NCBI GenBank assembly: GCA_963693365.1
Contig: CAVNZM010000004.1
Span: forward strand, 4,528,564-4,592,563
From: Amoebidium appalachense
Taxonomy: Eukaryota > Protista > Ichthyosporea
Direction of reading: 5' to 3'
Length of the DNA stretch: 64,000 nt
Of this stretch, positions 18,611 through 32,169 are shown piece after piece. Numbering within the stretch: position 1 is the first letter of the stretch; each line of letters begins with the position of its first letter. A model generated the notes under the pieces. It saw only the letters and a program-made list of their open reading frames with translations. It did not search any database and was not told the origin of the DNA. The position numbers and the translations under genes are program-made.

Positions 18611-19330
18611 TTTGTGTATGTGTGTGTATGTGTGTGTGTGCGTGTGTGTGTGTGTATGTGTACAGTGTGTATGCGTGTGCGACGCGTGTGGTGGTGGTGA
18701 TGGTGGTGATGATGATGCTGGTGCCCCCCCCTCCCCCCCCCCCCGTTTTTCTTTTTTTTTATCCCCTTCTCTTGTGTCTATTGGAGGGGGGGGGGGGGGG
18801 GGAGGGGGACGGGGGGGTACGGGAAGAGGGGGGGGGGGGGGGGGGAGGGGGGGGGGGAGGGGGGGGGGGGGGGGGGGGGGGCAAGTAACCTGAGGACGTA
18901 ATGCACCACAAGTTGTACGGTAGAAGTATTTTTATCTGTTCCGTTAATTAAAGTAAGCACAGGGTCTGCACGGTATAGTTTGTGGTATTATCATGTCATC
19001 ATCAAACAGCCACACAGCGGAATTTTGGGATGTTACTCGGGTAACGTTGGCATACTGCATTAAATTTCTTATTTTTTTTTTTTCATGGACTTGGTCACCG
19101 ACACGGCATTTTATTTATACAAGTAGGTGTCCATATATAGAAAAATACCCAACCGTTGGCTGGTCCAGTATCACAGATACAGTAAATACAGTTTCACAAA
19201 CAAGGTCATATGCAAGCCTCGTTACATTGTACACTGGTCTTCCACAATCAAAAAATTGTGATATTCTTTCTTTCGAAGAATTGAAAGGTAAAACAAATAT
19301 TAATATCCGAGTCAGTGCCATAATTATAAT

Positions 19331-20257
19331 CTAATTCTGAGGAAAGGCTACTGCCGGCTGGGACCCCTTAGTGTCGCAGATGCTTCGGCAGCTCCTTCCC
19401 ACACATCCGAAATGTTTCTGCTCTGTCTGGCCCACACTGCACTTATTCCCGTAGGTCACATCAAAATGGTACCTGCAGTTAGACGTCTCGATAGGGACAG
19501 ATACATAAAATGTGAGGGAACTCCAGTTTTTGCGCATCACGCACTGCTGTGTAGGGGCAGCTTCGCCGTTAATATTCGGGAAAGACGTCAGGCAGAGAGT
19601 GACGGTGTATTCCTCGTTGGTATCAACGTGCTCTGGAATGCTCGCCCACTCAAACGTAAACGAGGTGAGCTTTGTGCTTTCATTGTCGTCGTCAGACTGG
19701 TCGATATCGCCTACCCTCGAGGGAACATAGCACATTACCGAGGAGTCGAAAGGAACGAGCATCCACTGCTGCTCTGGTTTGCTCGGCACACAGGGAAGGA
19801 AGAGGTTGTCTGGGGTATCCTCTGCAGGGTTGGGAGTGGCCTCTAAGCAACTGTTTTCTCCGATGATTTGCATGGAACCGCCTGTCGCGGCGGGCAAAAC
19901 AAACTGACGATACTTGGATGGATAATCATCAGAGTCCTCCAAGCTGCACGATACGAAATAGCTCGTGCTTTGGTCTCCACTTTCCATGGAAAAACATCTG
20001 CCAACCTTCGTTTGCAGCCGTGTGCCGTTTATGTACACCACGTACACCTCCTGCGATGCGCAGTCACCCAGTTTGGGGTTGGAGCTATCGTAGTCAGCGC
20101 TCTCACTGACGAGGCATTTACCGGTGGAGACAGACTTTATGAGGTACCCGGTGGTGGTGGGTGTGGTGCCCTTGCAGGATTCGGAGGGTGCGCCGGTCGG
20201 GAGGGCGTGGGCGAGGGCTACAAACCCACTGAAAAAGAGGAGTGACCGAAGAGACAT
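19331..20257 (-). CDS. Secreted protein with ricin-B-type (beta-trefoil) lectin-like domain and Cys-rich C-terminal domain; intronless
   Basis: 308-aa ORF. Signal peptide MSLRSLLFFSGFVALAHA. Repeats IKSVSTGKCL..LGDC, GRCFSM..FVSC and NSCLEA..LPC..PEQQW show the QxW/Cys pattern of ricin-B subdomains. Confidence 0.75.
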   Translation of the reverse strand: MSLRSLLFFSGFVALAHALPTGAPSESCKGTTPTTTGYLIKSVSTGKCLVSESADYDSSNPKLGDCASQEVYVVYINGTRLQTKVGRCFSMESGDQSTSYFVSCSLEDSDDYPSKYRQFVLPAATGGSMQIIGENSCLEATPNPAEDTPDNLFLPCVPSKPEQQWMLVPFDSSVMCYVPSRVGDIDQSDDDNESTKLTSFTFEWASIPEHVDTNEEYTVTLCLTSFPNINGEAAPTQQCVMRKNWSSLTFYVSVPIETSNCRYHFDVTYGNKCSVGQTEQKHFGCVGRSCRSICDTKGSQPAVAFPQN

Positions 20258-20380
20258 TGTGGATTATTCACGTCAGGAAGGTATATACTCTGCTTAAATC
20301 CGCAGTTTTTTCCCGCTGATGGAAGGAACTGGTTGCTGTTCAAGGCTGTTGTTGACTGAGGTCTTTTGCGGGAATCAGTC

Positions 20381-20390
20381 CTTTATATAC
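20381..20390 (-). promoter_or_regulatory. Candidate TATA box of the lectin gene
   Basis: GTATATAAAG on the minus strand about 125 nt upstream of the ATG at 20257. Confidence 0.4.
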
Positions 20391-20939
20391 CCGCGGAGAA
20401 GATGACGAAGGAATGCACACAAGCAGGTAGCGACGGGTGATTGGCTATCGAGAATTCTCAGCCAGGGTATGCTTCACGGGATAAAGCTATACGATATGCA
20501 CGTTAGAATGTACTGGCAGCGGCTGGAGCATTTTACAATACTACATTGTAATTGATTGCTCTGGCTTATCATTTACCAACAACTATGAAAAATTAAAGCT
20601 AAATCGAGTGGCACTGAGACTGTAGTGCTCCAATTCATGATCAATGGAATGCACGTGTTTTATTTATGTTGAAAATGCTGTTCAAACCCTGAGCCCGCCA
20701 CCCGGCAAGGTCGGACCGACGTTGACTTGAAACTGTTTTTATGCTATTGAAGTCTTACATCACCAATCCTACCTGGCCCTTTTATTTTTTTTTTTGTTTG
20801 GGAACATGTAATGGCATGACGAGCGCTCGGCTCGATTTTTACTACGGAACAACCAACAAGTTCATCGTTTTTATTGTAAAAAAAGAGAGAAACACACAGA
20901 AAGAAGGAGAAAGCCAAGCTGACTGAGAGCAAGAGCCAC

Positions 20940-21435
<496 letters not shown>

Positions 21436-22327
21436 TTAAAGGGAGAAAGAGACAAAGTTTCTTCACCTGCCCGACCATTTCTGGATCCCCCTCGACCGTT
21501 GGAACCTTTTAGTACGTGCATTCTATTTCAAGCTCACTCAGGTAGGTTTTTTTTTCTTTTTTACCGTTCTGTGCTTAACAACGCTTGATTATGCCATACA
21601 CATGCATCCCCATCTTCTCCTCCCCCCCCCCCCCCCCCCCCCTCTCCCTCTCCCCCACTCCCCACTCTAGATCTACCCCCCCCCACACACACAAACAAAC
21701 AAATACAGTAGCGCGCACACACTGTCGGATGGCACACATCATCACAAACACATACACACACACTGCACACAAACACACAACAAGCAAACACACACACACT
21801 CACTGCACTCACACACGCACACGCACGCACGCACACACACAATGTCATGCACACACACTGTGCATACGCGTACACACACACAAAATAGCACACACACACA
21901 CACCGTGACATTGTCAAACACACACATTCACACACACAAACACACACACACACACACACACATACACACACACACCGCACAACACACACACCAAAACACA
22001 CGCACACAAACGTGCACATTCACACTACAAAACACAACTGAGGCATAATATCATATATTTTGTTCAAAGTTATTTGTGTCAGTTACGAGTTTATAATATA
22101 TATATGTATATAACCTGCAGTGCTATGAATAGGCCTAATATTGAATTTGTTCAAGTTTTTTTCAAAATTTGCGCGTTTGTACACTACCCTGGCCAGTGCT
22201 AATATGAATCACCCACGGCATTCGTTTGTAATTTTTTTTTTTTTTTACACTGTAGCTGCGACCATGGAGCCCAGTGCCACCACCATCGGGGCCCGAAAAA
22301 TCAATTGCAGATGGGGGGCCGGAGAGG

Positions 22328-22404
22328 GCGCAATCCTTTTTTTCCCCTTTTCATGACCAGAGACAGGTATGGCTCGCGATCGGTTCATTGCTTTCCGAGT
22401 TTTG
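22328..22404 (+). repeat. Dispersed repeat fragment homologous to 16708-16780
   Basis: GCAATCCTTTTT..CCCCT..ATGACCAGAGACAGGT..ATGGCTCG..GGTTCATTGCTTTCCGAGTTTT occurs at both sites. Confidence 0.75.
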
Positions 22405-23055
22405 AGACGTCATAAGGTGATAACTCAACAAACTTGGAATTCAGGCGCTCTATAATCTTTATTAATCGATTTTGTTGTGTTAGTTCCGGGCTGATTCCCA
22501 CCAACTCGCCGGGCCACCGCCACCACCAGCGCTAATATTAGCTAACAATAAATACACAGCCACCCATGCCAGACATGTGCACAAAGCACGATGACATGGA
22601 ATTACCAACAATATATGATGTTGTAAATATTGACTGATCGACGAAGGCTTTTTCGACAGACACAAGAGGCCATGTTCTACCGTGCATCATTACCCTCACA
22701 GTCCTAAGATTTCAGCTAACAAAACACAAACTGAGAACCTATTCACCGTGTATGTACGCATTTCCGCCACCAACCAGCACCGAGAGATCTCAAATGAGAT
22801 TCAAATCGGGACGAAACTATTGGAAGGTTGAATTCCGGTCAGGAAATACTGAAATTCACACACAACAGGGGGGAATATACACATCTCCAGCAAACTATGT
22901 TTAAATGCATAACGTCAGATACACATCATGTATTGGTCGCCTATCAACAGCAACATCACTGAAAATCGATAATATCACTCCATATTGCCTTGCCTCGAAA
23001 TCTCCAAACCCACAAAGGCGTACATCACATATACTTCGACGCCTTGTTACGAAAA

Positions 23056-23094
<39 letters not shown>

Positions 23095-23103
23095 ATCCCA
23101 GCC

Positions 23104-25464
23104 TTATGGTGCCTTGCATCCAACCTTGTGTGCCGGCCAGTCCGTCCTCTGGCAGGCAGCACCGCAATAAGCAACCCGCTTGCACCGACCGCACAGTTTG
23201 GCCTCCCTCTTGCCACACACCCCACACACATGTTGTTGCTCCAAACCACCCTGCCCTTTCGCTTTCCCACTAGCGCTGTTTTCGGCTTTGGGTTTGGTGG
23301 CGGACTGCTGTGTTTGTGGTTTTCCGCCCGAATTCGAATTTTCGGTGTTTGTGGTTTGAAAAGATTGGGAAGATTGGGAAGAAGTGGTTGCAGGTTTATC
23401 CGCCTGACGTTTTTCGGCAAAACTCGCGTGCTGCAATCCCGGGAGAATCGGCGATATGGCTGCCCGGCAGAAATATCCCGACACCAACTTGCCGCATTCC
23501 TTTTGAAATTCCGATGGCATATTCACCCCCTGGAAACATGAGCAATACGGTTCACGCGCCTCCTCAAATTTCTCGCACAGAGGAATTTGCACCCCCCTCC
23601 CGCAAATATTCGCACGTGGGCTTGTGGTTTCTCGTGCGCGCCCGCTCCACACACGCCGGAAGAAATTTCCACCAGAGATCGAGTTCGGGGCCATCTGCGG
23701 TAACAGTAACGATCTGTCTTCCCCTCCTCGATACTTTGCCCAACCGTGGGGCAATAAACGGCACAATGTCACCATTGTTTCGCTCCGTCAAAACGCACAC
23801 ACACACGTCGGCAACAACGGAATCGGTAGAGTGGTCGAGCCTGATCTCATCGACGTAAATAATGAGCCGGCCGTCGGCTTTTCCGCTTGCTGGCTCGTTG
23901 AATGCGACGTAAAACCAGTCCGTGGGTTGGTCCATTTCTGGGCTGCTTCCTGCGGGCGCCCCCTGGGCGAGAAATCGGCACATAATCGTGTGGAGGGAGT
24001 CTTTGAGGGAAACGATCGGTTCCGGAATTTTGATGTTTCGCTGTTGGCGCTCTTCCGCCGTCAACATGCTCGAGACCAACGGAAATACCAACGGCCCGCC
24101 GTATTTCCAGTCGATTTCCGGAAGAGCCGAAAGCGGAATCCGCGATTCGCCCCAGTTGGCCATCGTGGTTTGTGGCGTGGACCCGGGGATTTTGAGAGCA
24201 AAAACCGGGAACGGGTTGGGCGGGTATCCCGTCCTACGGGGGGCCACAATGACGTTGACAAAGAACCGTGTGCGGGAAAACTGGGTTTTCAGCGTATTCC
24301 CGTCTACGGGAAACGGGAAAACGATATCGGCGGTGCATTCCCCAGCTGCACGTTGGGGAGATGACGTCAGGAGGTGAACCCGCACCACAAATGACGACAC
24401 CTGCTTTGCATCCACTTTGCCCCCCTCCTTATCGGCCAATAGCGCACGGGCGCTCTCTCCCTTCACATCAATTTGGCACTGGAACGAAAGCACCGACCCG
24501 TTTCCGTCCACCGCCACCCCCACGTGATTTTGCAACAATTGCGAGACAGAGTCCGTTTTCATTGGCTTGACGTCATCAGCACGCGGCGACGGAATGACGT
24601 TGGTTGGTCGAACACCCAGCAGGGCCTCTTTTGATTGGTTGGTGGGGGGTTTGCCTAAATAAGGCAGTCCCGATGCAAAGGTCACGTGCTTGGTGTCGCT
24701 GACAAGTGCACCCCACACCTGAGCCATGGGACCGAGTTTATTGACCGCATTTGCCCGATTAAGCCCCATCGCGGCCACGCACACACGCACATGGAGTTGG
24801 TCGGGAGGTTCGAGCAAAAATATTGATCCCGGGACCACCGCCGAGAGAACCAACATGGACCCGGTATCCTGCGGGGTGCATTCCTCCAGCGTGAAATCCA
24901 AACAGCGCAATCTCCACCGATCACCGTCCGAATCTCCCAATCTCATGATCTTGCGTGCGATCGCCATGTGCCCCGCGGAAAATATGTTGTCGAACCCGTA
25001 ATCGTTGGTTGTGCCGACGCCGATTTCCAGAGGCGGGGTGGGAATCGTTTTTGGATCGCCAATCGCAAATTCGATTGTGTCCCAGGGGATGGCAATAACC
25101 AACCGGACCAACGAGGGGGCGTCGGGGCCGGCCAAAAACCTAAATCTTGGGTTTTTGTCCAAAATTTGCATGATCGTCAGAGGTCCGACTACCCCAGAAG
25201 CAGTTGTGTGTGCCGGTTGGTCGAAGGTGCCGGCCTTTGTGATGAGGCCGGCAAGGTGCAGCCACAGATAGACCTCCTGCACATAGTTGAGCTCAAGACT
25301 GCTGGGCATCTTGCTCATGTTCCACACCTGTGTACGTGTGCGTGTACGTGTGCGTGTACACGTGTGTGTGTGTGGGTGTGTTTGGGGGATGGAGGGCGGC
25401 ACGGGGGCGAATGCAGTGGGGTGGGGTGGAAGGTGAGCGGAAAGTGGGACGGCGGTGCGGTGTG

Positions 25465-25497
<33 letters not shown>

Positions 25498-25920
25498 GGA
25501 GGGGGGTGAATGTGTGCATCCTGAGGTGAACAGGTGGGTTCCGGGGAGGGGCAGGAGGGAGGGGGAGGGAGGAAGAGGGGAATGGGATTAAATGGATAGT
25601 AGTATACATGCGCATGTGGCTGGGGGTTTGTGTGTGCATGCATTTATAAAACCGGAGGGGTGGGGGTGTGGGGGGGAGAGGGGCGAGGAAAGATCATGAG
25701 CACAGGGCAGAAACGATGTTCTGTTATGGTGGGTGAAGGATATGATAGGGCTGGGTTGAGAATCAGCGCTGTGTACACTTGTGTGTGTGAGTGTGCATGT
25801 GCATGTGCATGTGCATGTGTGTGTGCATGTGTGTGTGTGTGTGTGTGTGCGTGTGTGTGTGTGTGTGCATGTGTGCATGTGTGTGTGTGTGTGTGTGTGT
25901 GCATGTGTGCATGTGTGTGC

Positions 25921-25951
<31 letters not shown>

Positions 25952-27038
25952 TGTGTGTGTGTGTGTGTGGAGGTGCAAGGGGGAGGAGGGGGGAGGGAGG
26001 AGGGGAAGGGGGGAGGGTAGGTTCCCACGAGAACGACAACCTGCGACGTAAGACATACAAAACCAACCTAGGCCGATGGCAGGGATTCCGGGGTTTCCTT
26101 TTTACCTCCTTCCAACCCCCCAACCCCCCCCCCCCCCCCCTCCCCTCCTCCATTTCTTGTTCCTTACCCCCCCCCCCCCAACAAAACAAAAAAAAAAAAA
26201 AACACCTTTTTTGGTGATGGCGGTGGTGGTGTGTGTGCGTGTGTGCGTGTGTTTGTGTGTGTGGGGTGGGGGGAGGGGGGGGGAAGGCAGAGGGGCCTTG
26301 TGAATCTGGAGAACACAGTTTATTTTCCCCGTAATCCCCCCCCCCCCCCCCCGAGAGAGAGAGGGAGGGAGAGAGGAGGGGAAGGGGAAGAGAGAGAAAG
26401 AGAGATAGCGAGAGAGGGAGGGGGAGGGAGGAGGGAGGGAGGGGGGGGGGGGGGGGGTTTGAATGCGGAACACAGTACGAAGTACGCATACACGATGAGA
26501 AGCATGGTGCAGGACACATGCAAAGGCAAACATTCAACTATGCAGCATCAGCCATGCGCACAGTATGCGTCATAAGCAGAGCCCATCCTCAGGGAGGGCC
26601 CAAGTCATCAATTGCGTCTGAGTTTCGACCCCTTAGCCCGCGTATATACGACGCTCCAACTCAGACAGCAGCATCAACTGAACTTGGGTGGGTCAACCCG
26701 TCTTGATCAAAGACGAGCAGGGTTGCTTATGCAAGCAAGGTGAGCAAAACGGTGAAGATGTGTGTGCAAACTAATGCAGTGCAGCGACAAACGCGTGTGC
26801 TTACAGATGCACGACACAGAGCAACCATGCCCGGTTGCATGGAAGTAAAGATGTCTGGGTAAAGCAATAGGGAAAGGGAGGGAGCAGGGAATACGAGGAA
26901 ATGGTGAAGCGAAGAATTTTTTATAACCTTTACTTTTTTGGATTTGAACGGGAATGTTGATGGTGGTGGTGGTGGTGGGGGGGGGGGTGGGGGGGGGGGG
27001 GGAGAAATGTTAATGGTGGTGGTGGTGGTGGTGGTGGT

Positions 27039-27069
<31 letters not shown>

Positions 27070-27180
27070 TGAATGCGGAACAGGGTACGAAGTACGCAAA
27101 CACGACAAGAAGCATGGTGCAGGACACATGCAAAGGCAAACATTCAAGTATGCAACATAAGCCATGCGGAAAGAGGGGGT

Positions 27181-27212
<32 letters not shown>

Positions 27213-27921
27213 TGTAAGATGGTTTCCTACCCGTCCATCGCGCCAGTCGTCAGCAAACTGCTCAAGTCCCGCCCTATCAAACACAACATTCCTTTGGGCC
27301 CTCTGAACGATGGCAGCAAACGAGCCCCCATGGTACAACGACAGACTCTGGCTGGACAAACCCTTTGCCCCCATTAAAAGAGTACTTTCCACCTCCGAAA
27401 GGCTCTGAAATAGAGCGCGGGCAAGAGATTTTAAAACTTGCGCGGTTGCAGCGGCGTCGAACTTCACCCGTTGAGAACGAGCGGGTGGGTGGGCGCTTTC
27501 CAGGGACCACACGTGGGCCCATGTGATGTTTACGGGCGTACGCGACCCTGTTAGGTTTTCCTTCAGCTGCGGGAGAGCACTTACAGCTGCGAACATTTTA
27601 CTGCGAAGAGAATGCATGCTGAGGAGGTCTCTCGGGGCCAACCCGGTCATGACAGGGACGGAAACAGGGTCCACGCCGCACAGAGTCGTCAAAAATGTGC
27701 TCAGTTTCCCATTGGGATAAATTGATTGGTTGGCGAGAATGTCGGTCTGAAGCGTCGAGAATGGGTGGGGGGTGAGTAGGCCCGAGCAGAGAAAAAGAAT
27801 GTTGACGAGGCCCAGGCTGTCACTGAGGTTGGAGGTGTCGATGTGTGAAAACCGGACGGGAGCTGTGGGGAAGAAAAACGTCAAATATGGGTGTGAGTGT
27901 GGGGTGGTTTTTTTTTTTTTT

Positions 27922-27965
<44 letters not shown>

Positions 27966-28231
27966 GGGGGGGAGGGGGGAAGGGGGAAGATCGGAGGGGG
28001 GCCTAGAATGGGGAACACGATACGAGGCACAAACAATACATTATTCGATGGAAAACACAGTGCAGGGCACATGTGGAAGCAAATGTTTAAGTAGCATGCA
28101 ACATCAGAAACACGTACTAGGCAACATAAGCAAGAGGGAGGAGGGCGGAGAGCCGGCGGGAGGGGGGGGGATGGGGGGAGGTGTACGGTGTGTGCAGCAT
28201 GGCAATTACGGTGGAACTGTGGTGATGGTGG

Positions 28232-28267
<36 letters not shown>

Positions 28268-28283
28268 ACCGTGGTGATGGTGG

Positions 28284-28341
<58 letters not shown>

Positions 28342-28606
28342 ACGCCCAAAGAGGTGTACATTGAAGAAAAGATACAATGGGGGCAAAAACCAGGGAGCGG
28401 ATCGAGGCACTGCCCAGTATTCGAAAAGTGAGGAAAGGTGGCTATGACTGCCGACAGACACACAGACACACACAAATACACACACACTTTCCTTAAATGC
28501 ATACATCTGCCGCCACACACACACACATGCACACACACACTAACAAAAACAAGGAAAGCAATCAAAACAGAAACCAAAGAACCTTTTCCACACACACACA
28601 TAAACC

Positions 28607-28664
<58 letters not shown>

Positions 28665-28775
28665 GACACCCACCCACCAACCCACATGCACACACCCAGC
28701 CACCTACCCACATCCACACACACACACACACCACCCACCACCCACCACCCACCACCCACCACCCACCACCCACGT

Positions 28776-28842
<67 letters not shown>

Positions 28843-30169
28843 ACACCCACACACCCACACACACAAACAGACACACGAAGGCCCACCCACCCACACACAC
28901 ACCCGCTCATTTACACCCACCCACCCACCCACGCACAAGCACACATCCGCCCACCTGCCCATCCATCCACCCACTTACACACATCCAAAGCACACCCACC
29001 CACCCACCCACATCACTCATCATATAAAATACACGCTCACCCGCCCGCCCACCCACACCCACACACCCTCACACCTAACCCACACATCCACCCACCCATA
29101 CCCCCCCACCCACCCACACGCACACACACCACCCACCTCTCATGACCTCCTCCACTCTCTCCTCATAGTCACCCCCATCCAGTGTCACCGGTTCGAACGT
29201 CCCAATCTGCATAAACCCGCCCAATTTACCCTCCTCAGATTTAACACCCTGTTTTGATTGGCCGACCTGCCCATTCCCATGTGCACCGAGTACCTGACAG
29301 AAAGACAAAGCGTCGGCCACACACACCCTCACAACCACATTCCGATCGAAAAACGCCGATCGGATGTACGATTCGGCCCAGGTGCAAAACTGCTCAAAAC
29401 ATAAATCCATGGGGTGTTTAAGTTTCGCACCGGCATGAGTGTACATCTCCCCGAGGTGAAAAGCCTCGATTACATCTGTGCCGTAGTGCACGCTCGTCAC
29501 ATCCCCGTTTGCCTCCGTGAACACAAACATAGCATTGGGCACCGTAAAATCGGCGAGATTTCCAACGCTTGCCGATATTATGTTCTTGGCCGCTTTCTCA
29601 GGCCAGGCCACACCAGACTCGATGTACTTAGCGACAACGCTTGACGTACGCTCGAAATCTTTCATCGCTTCCATGAAAGGCGCCCCCGCGGACCCATGCA
29701 CAAACTGAGGCAATGTTTCCGTTTCACGCTCGTACGTTTTGTACGCCGATTTTCTCGCCGCGGCGTACGACCGCTTTGCGGGCAGCCGATCGGGATCGCT
29801 GTACTTTTGGAGAAGGGCCAGAATGCGGCGGTGGGTACTAGAAGATACCATGCGCACGTACTGGCCAATGGGCATCGAGTGCCAGTCTTCCAGGGTAGAC
29901 CCGTCCGCCAATAGTTTCAAGGCGATTGATTGGAGCTGCTCGGCCATTGGCTGAGACAGATACTGGCTGTAGTACACGTGCCAGGCCTGTTGGGAGAGAG
30001 GGGGGGGCAGGGGGAAGGAGTGGGCGGGGGGAGGGGAGGGGGGAGTAGGTGTATGTTCGGGGGAAGGGGGGGGAGGAGGGGGAGCAGGGGAGAGGGGAAG
30101 GGGGGGGGGAAGGTTTCAGCATAGGTAAGTTGCTGGCACAACGACCTAATTGTTCGACTATACGACAGC

Positions 30170-30232
<63 letters not shown>

Positions 30233-30446
30233 AATAGATGTTTGACATCTATCATGTACGTGGTCTGTAAGACACGAGAGTGGACCCATCGGTGACAAAC
30301 ACAATGAACAACACTTAACACTTTTTTTCTAAAGGATAGATGGGAGGGAGGGGCGGAAGGAGGGGGGGAGGAGAAAGGGGCAGGGGCAAAAAAGGTAAGA
30401 GTGGAGTGGTTGTAAAGGTTCCGGCAGAGGGAAGTTTTTTTTTTTC

Positions 30447-30477
<31 letters not shown>

Positions 30478-31129
30478 GGGGGGGGGGGGGGGGGGGTAGA
30501 ATGCCTTACAGAATACGAAGTACACATTCACGACGGACAACACATTGAAGGTTTTAAGAGACTACACAAAGATGCAGAGTCCATCCACACGGGGGGCCCA
30601 AGCCATCTACAATACCGTGGGAAGGGGGAAGGGGGGGGGGGGGGGGGGGGGATGTTGGATACCTCGTATAGTTTTGCACTGAAAGTTGTGGGGTCTGTGA
30701 CGTATTCTGAGGCATCTAGCAGCATCTGGAAGAGAATGATGTTGCGTGCGAGAATGGCTGCCTCAAGGTCACACATGGTGAAGTCAAGCCTGGGAATTTG
30801 TGTGTGTGTGTGTGTGTGGGGGGGGGGGGGGGAGGGGGGGGGAGGGGGGGGGGAGCGGGTGAGAGGGGGTGGTGGTGGTTGGGGGGAGGTGGTCAGTTTC
30901 ACGATACAGAGTTTTGATGAGAAATGGTTGGGGGTGGGGGGAGCCGGGGGCAGGGGGGAGGGGGCGGGGAGGGAGGGTGAGGTGGTGTGCGCGATGGGAG
31001 ATAGCTTCCATTTTTCCAAACGACAACAAACCCAAAGCGAGAGAAATCTGTGTTGCCACGTTGAATGGACATACAGAAAATCTTCAGCCGTGGTGCAGAC
31101 AAGGACATAACACCCGAGGGAGGGATAGG

Positions 31130-31177
<48 letters not shown>

Positions 31178-31353
31178 AAGGGAGGGGGGGTAGGGAATGT
31201 ACGAGAGGGTGAGAAACATGGGGTGGGGGCAAAGGGCTTTCAAGACCACAGACCAAAAACACGAAACAGAAAACGAACAACTTTGCAGGCAAGAGACACT
31301 TGAACATAATCCATCACCAGAGAGTTTACTATGCATCTACAGAGAGGGTGTGT

Positions 31354-31409
<56 letters not shown>

Positions 31410-31680
31410 CTGGGGAAGGCTTAGCCTTGAAGAAGCAAAGAACAGAGTAAGAAATGGGGGATGGGGGGAGGAAGAGAGAGGGGAGAGAGAGGAAGGGGGA
31501 GGGAGGGAGAGAGAGACAATCAGAAAGATGAGAGAAAAGGAGAGAGGGAGAGGGAGAGAGAGAGAGAAGAGAGAGGGAGGGAGAGGGAGAGAGAGAGAGA
31601 GAGAGGGGGGGGGAGGGGGGGGGGAGAGAGAGAGAGAGAGAGAGGGAGGGAGGGAGGGAGGGAGAGAGGGAGGGAGGGGG

Positions 31681-31743
<63 letters not shown>

Positions 31744-32106
31744 GTGGGAGAAAGGGGGAGAGAGAGTGAGAAAGAGCGAGAAAGAGGGCGAGAACAAGAG
31801 AGGGGAGAGAGTGAAAACTAGTGTAGTGGTGACGCAACAGGGGAAGAAGAAAGATAGCAGAGGGAGAAGGGTGTGAAAGTGTCTTGTCTCGGTGCTTTAA
31901 ATGTGAAGTGCCTCACCCGAGCAGCAAAATTCGTCAGGAAACGGGAGTAAGGGAGTGGGGCCGTGATACAAATACACCTAGAGATATTGCAGACAGCAAG
32001 ATGGGAACAGGGAAGAGCACGGTAACATCTATACATGCTTTACACAAAGATCAAATACACGGGCAATCCGCACGCACACACGCACAGAAACACGCACGCG
32101 CGCGCG

Positions 32107-32169
<63 letters not shown>

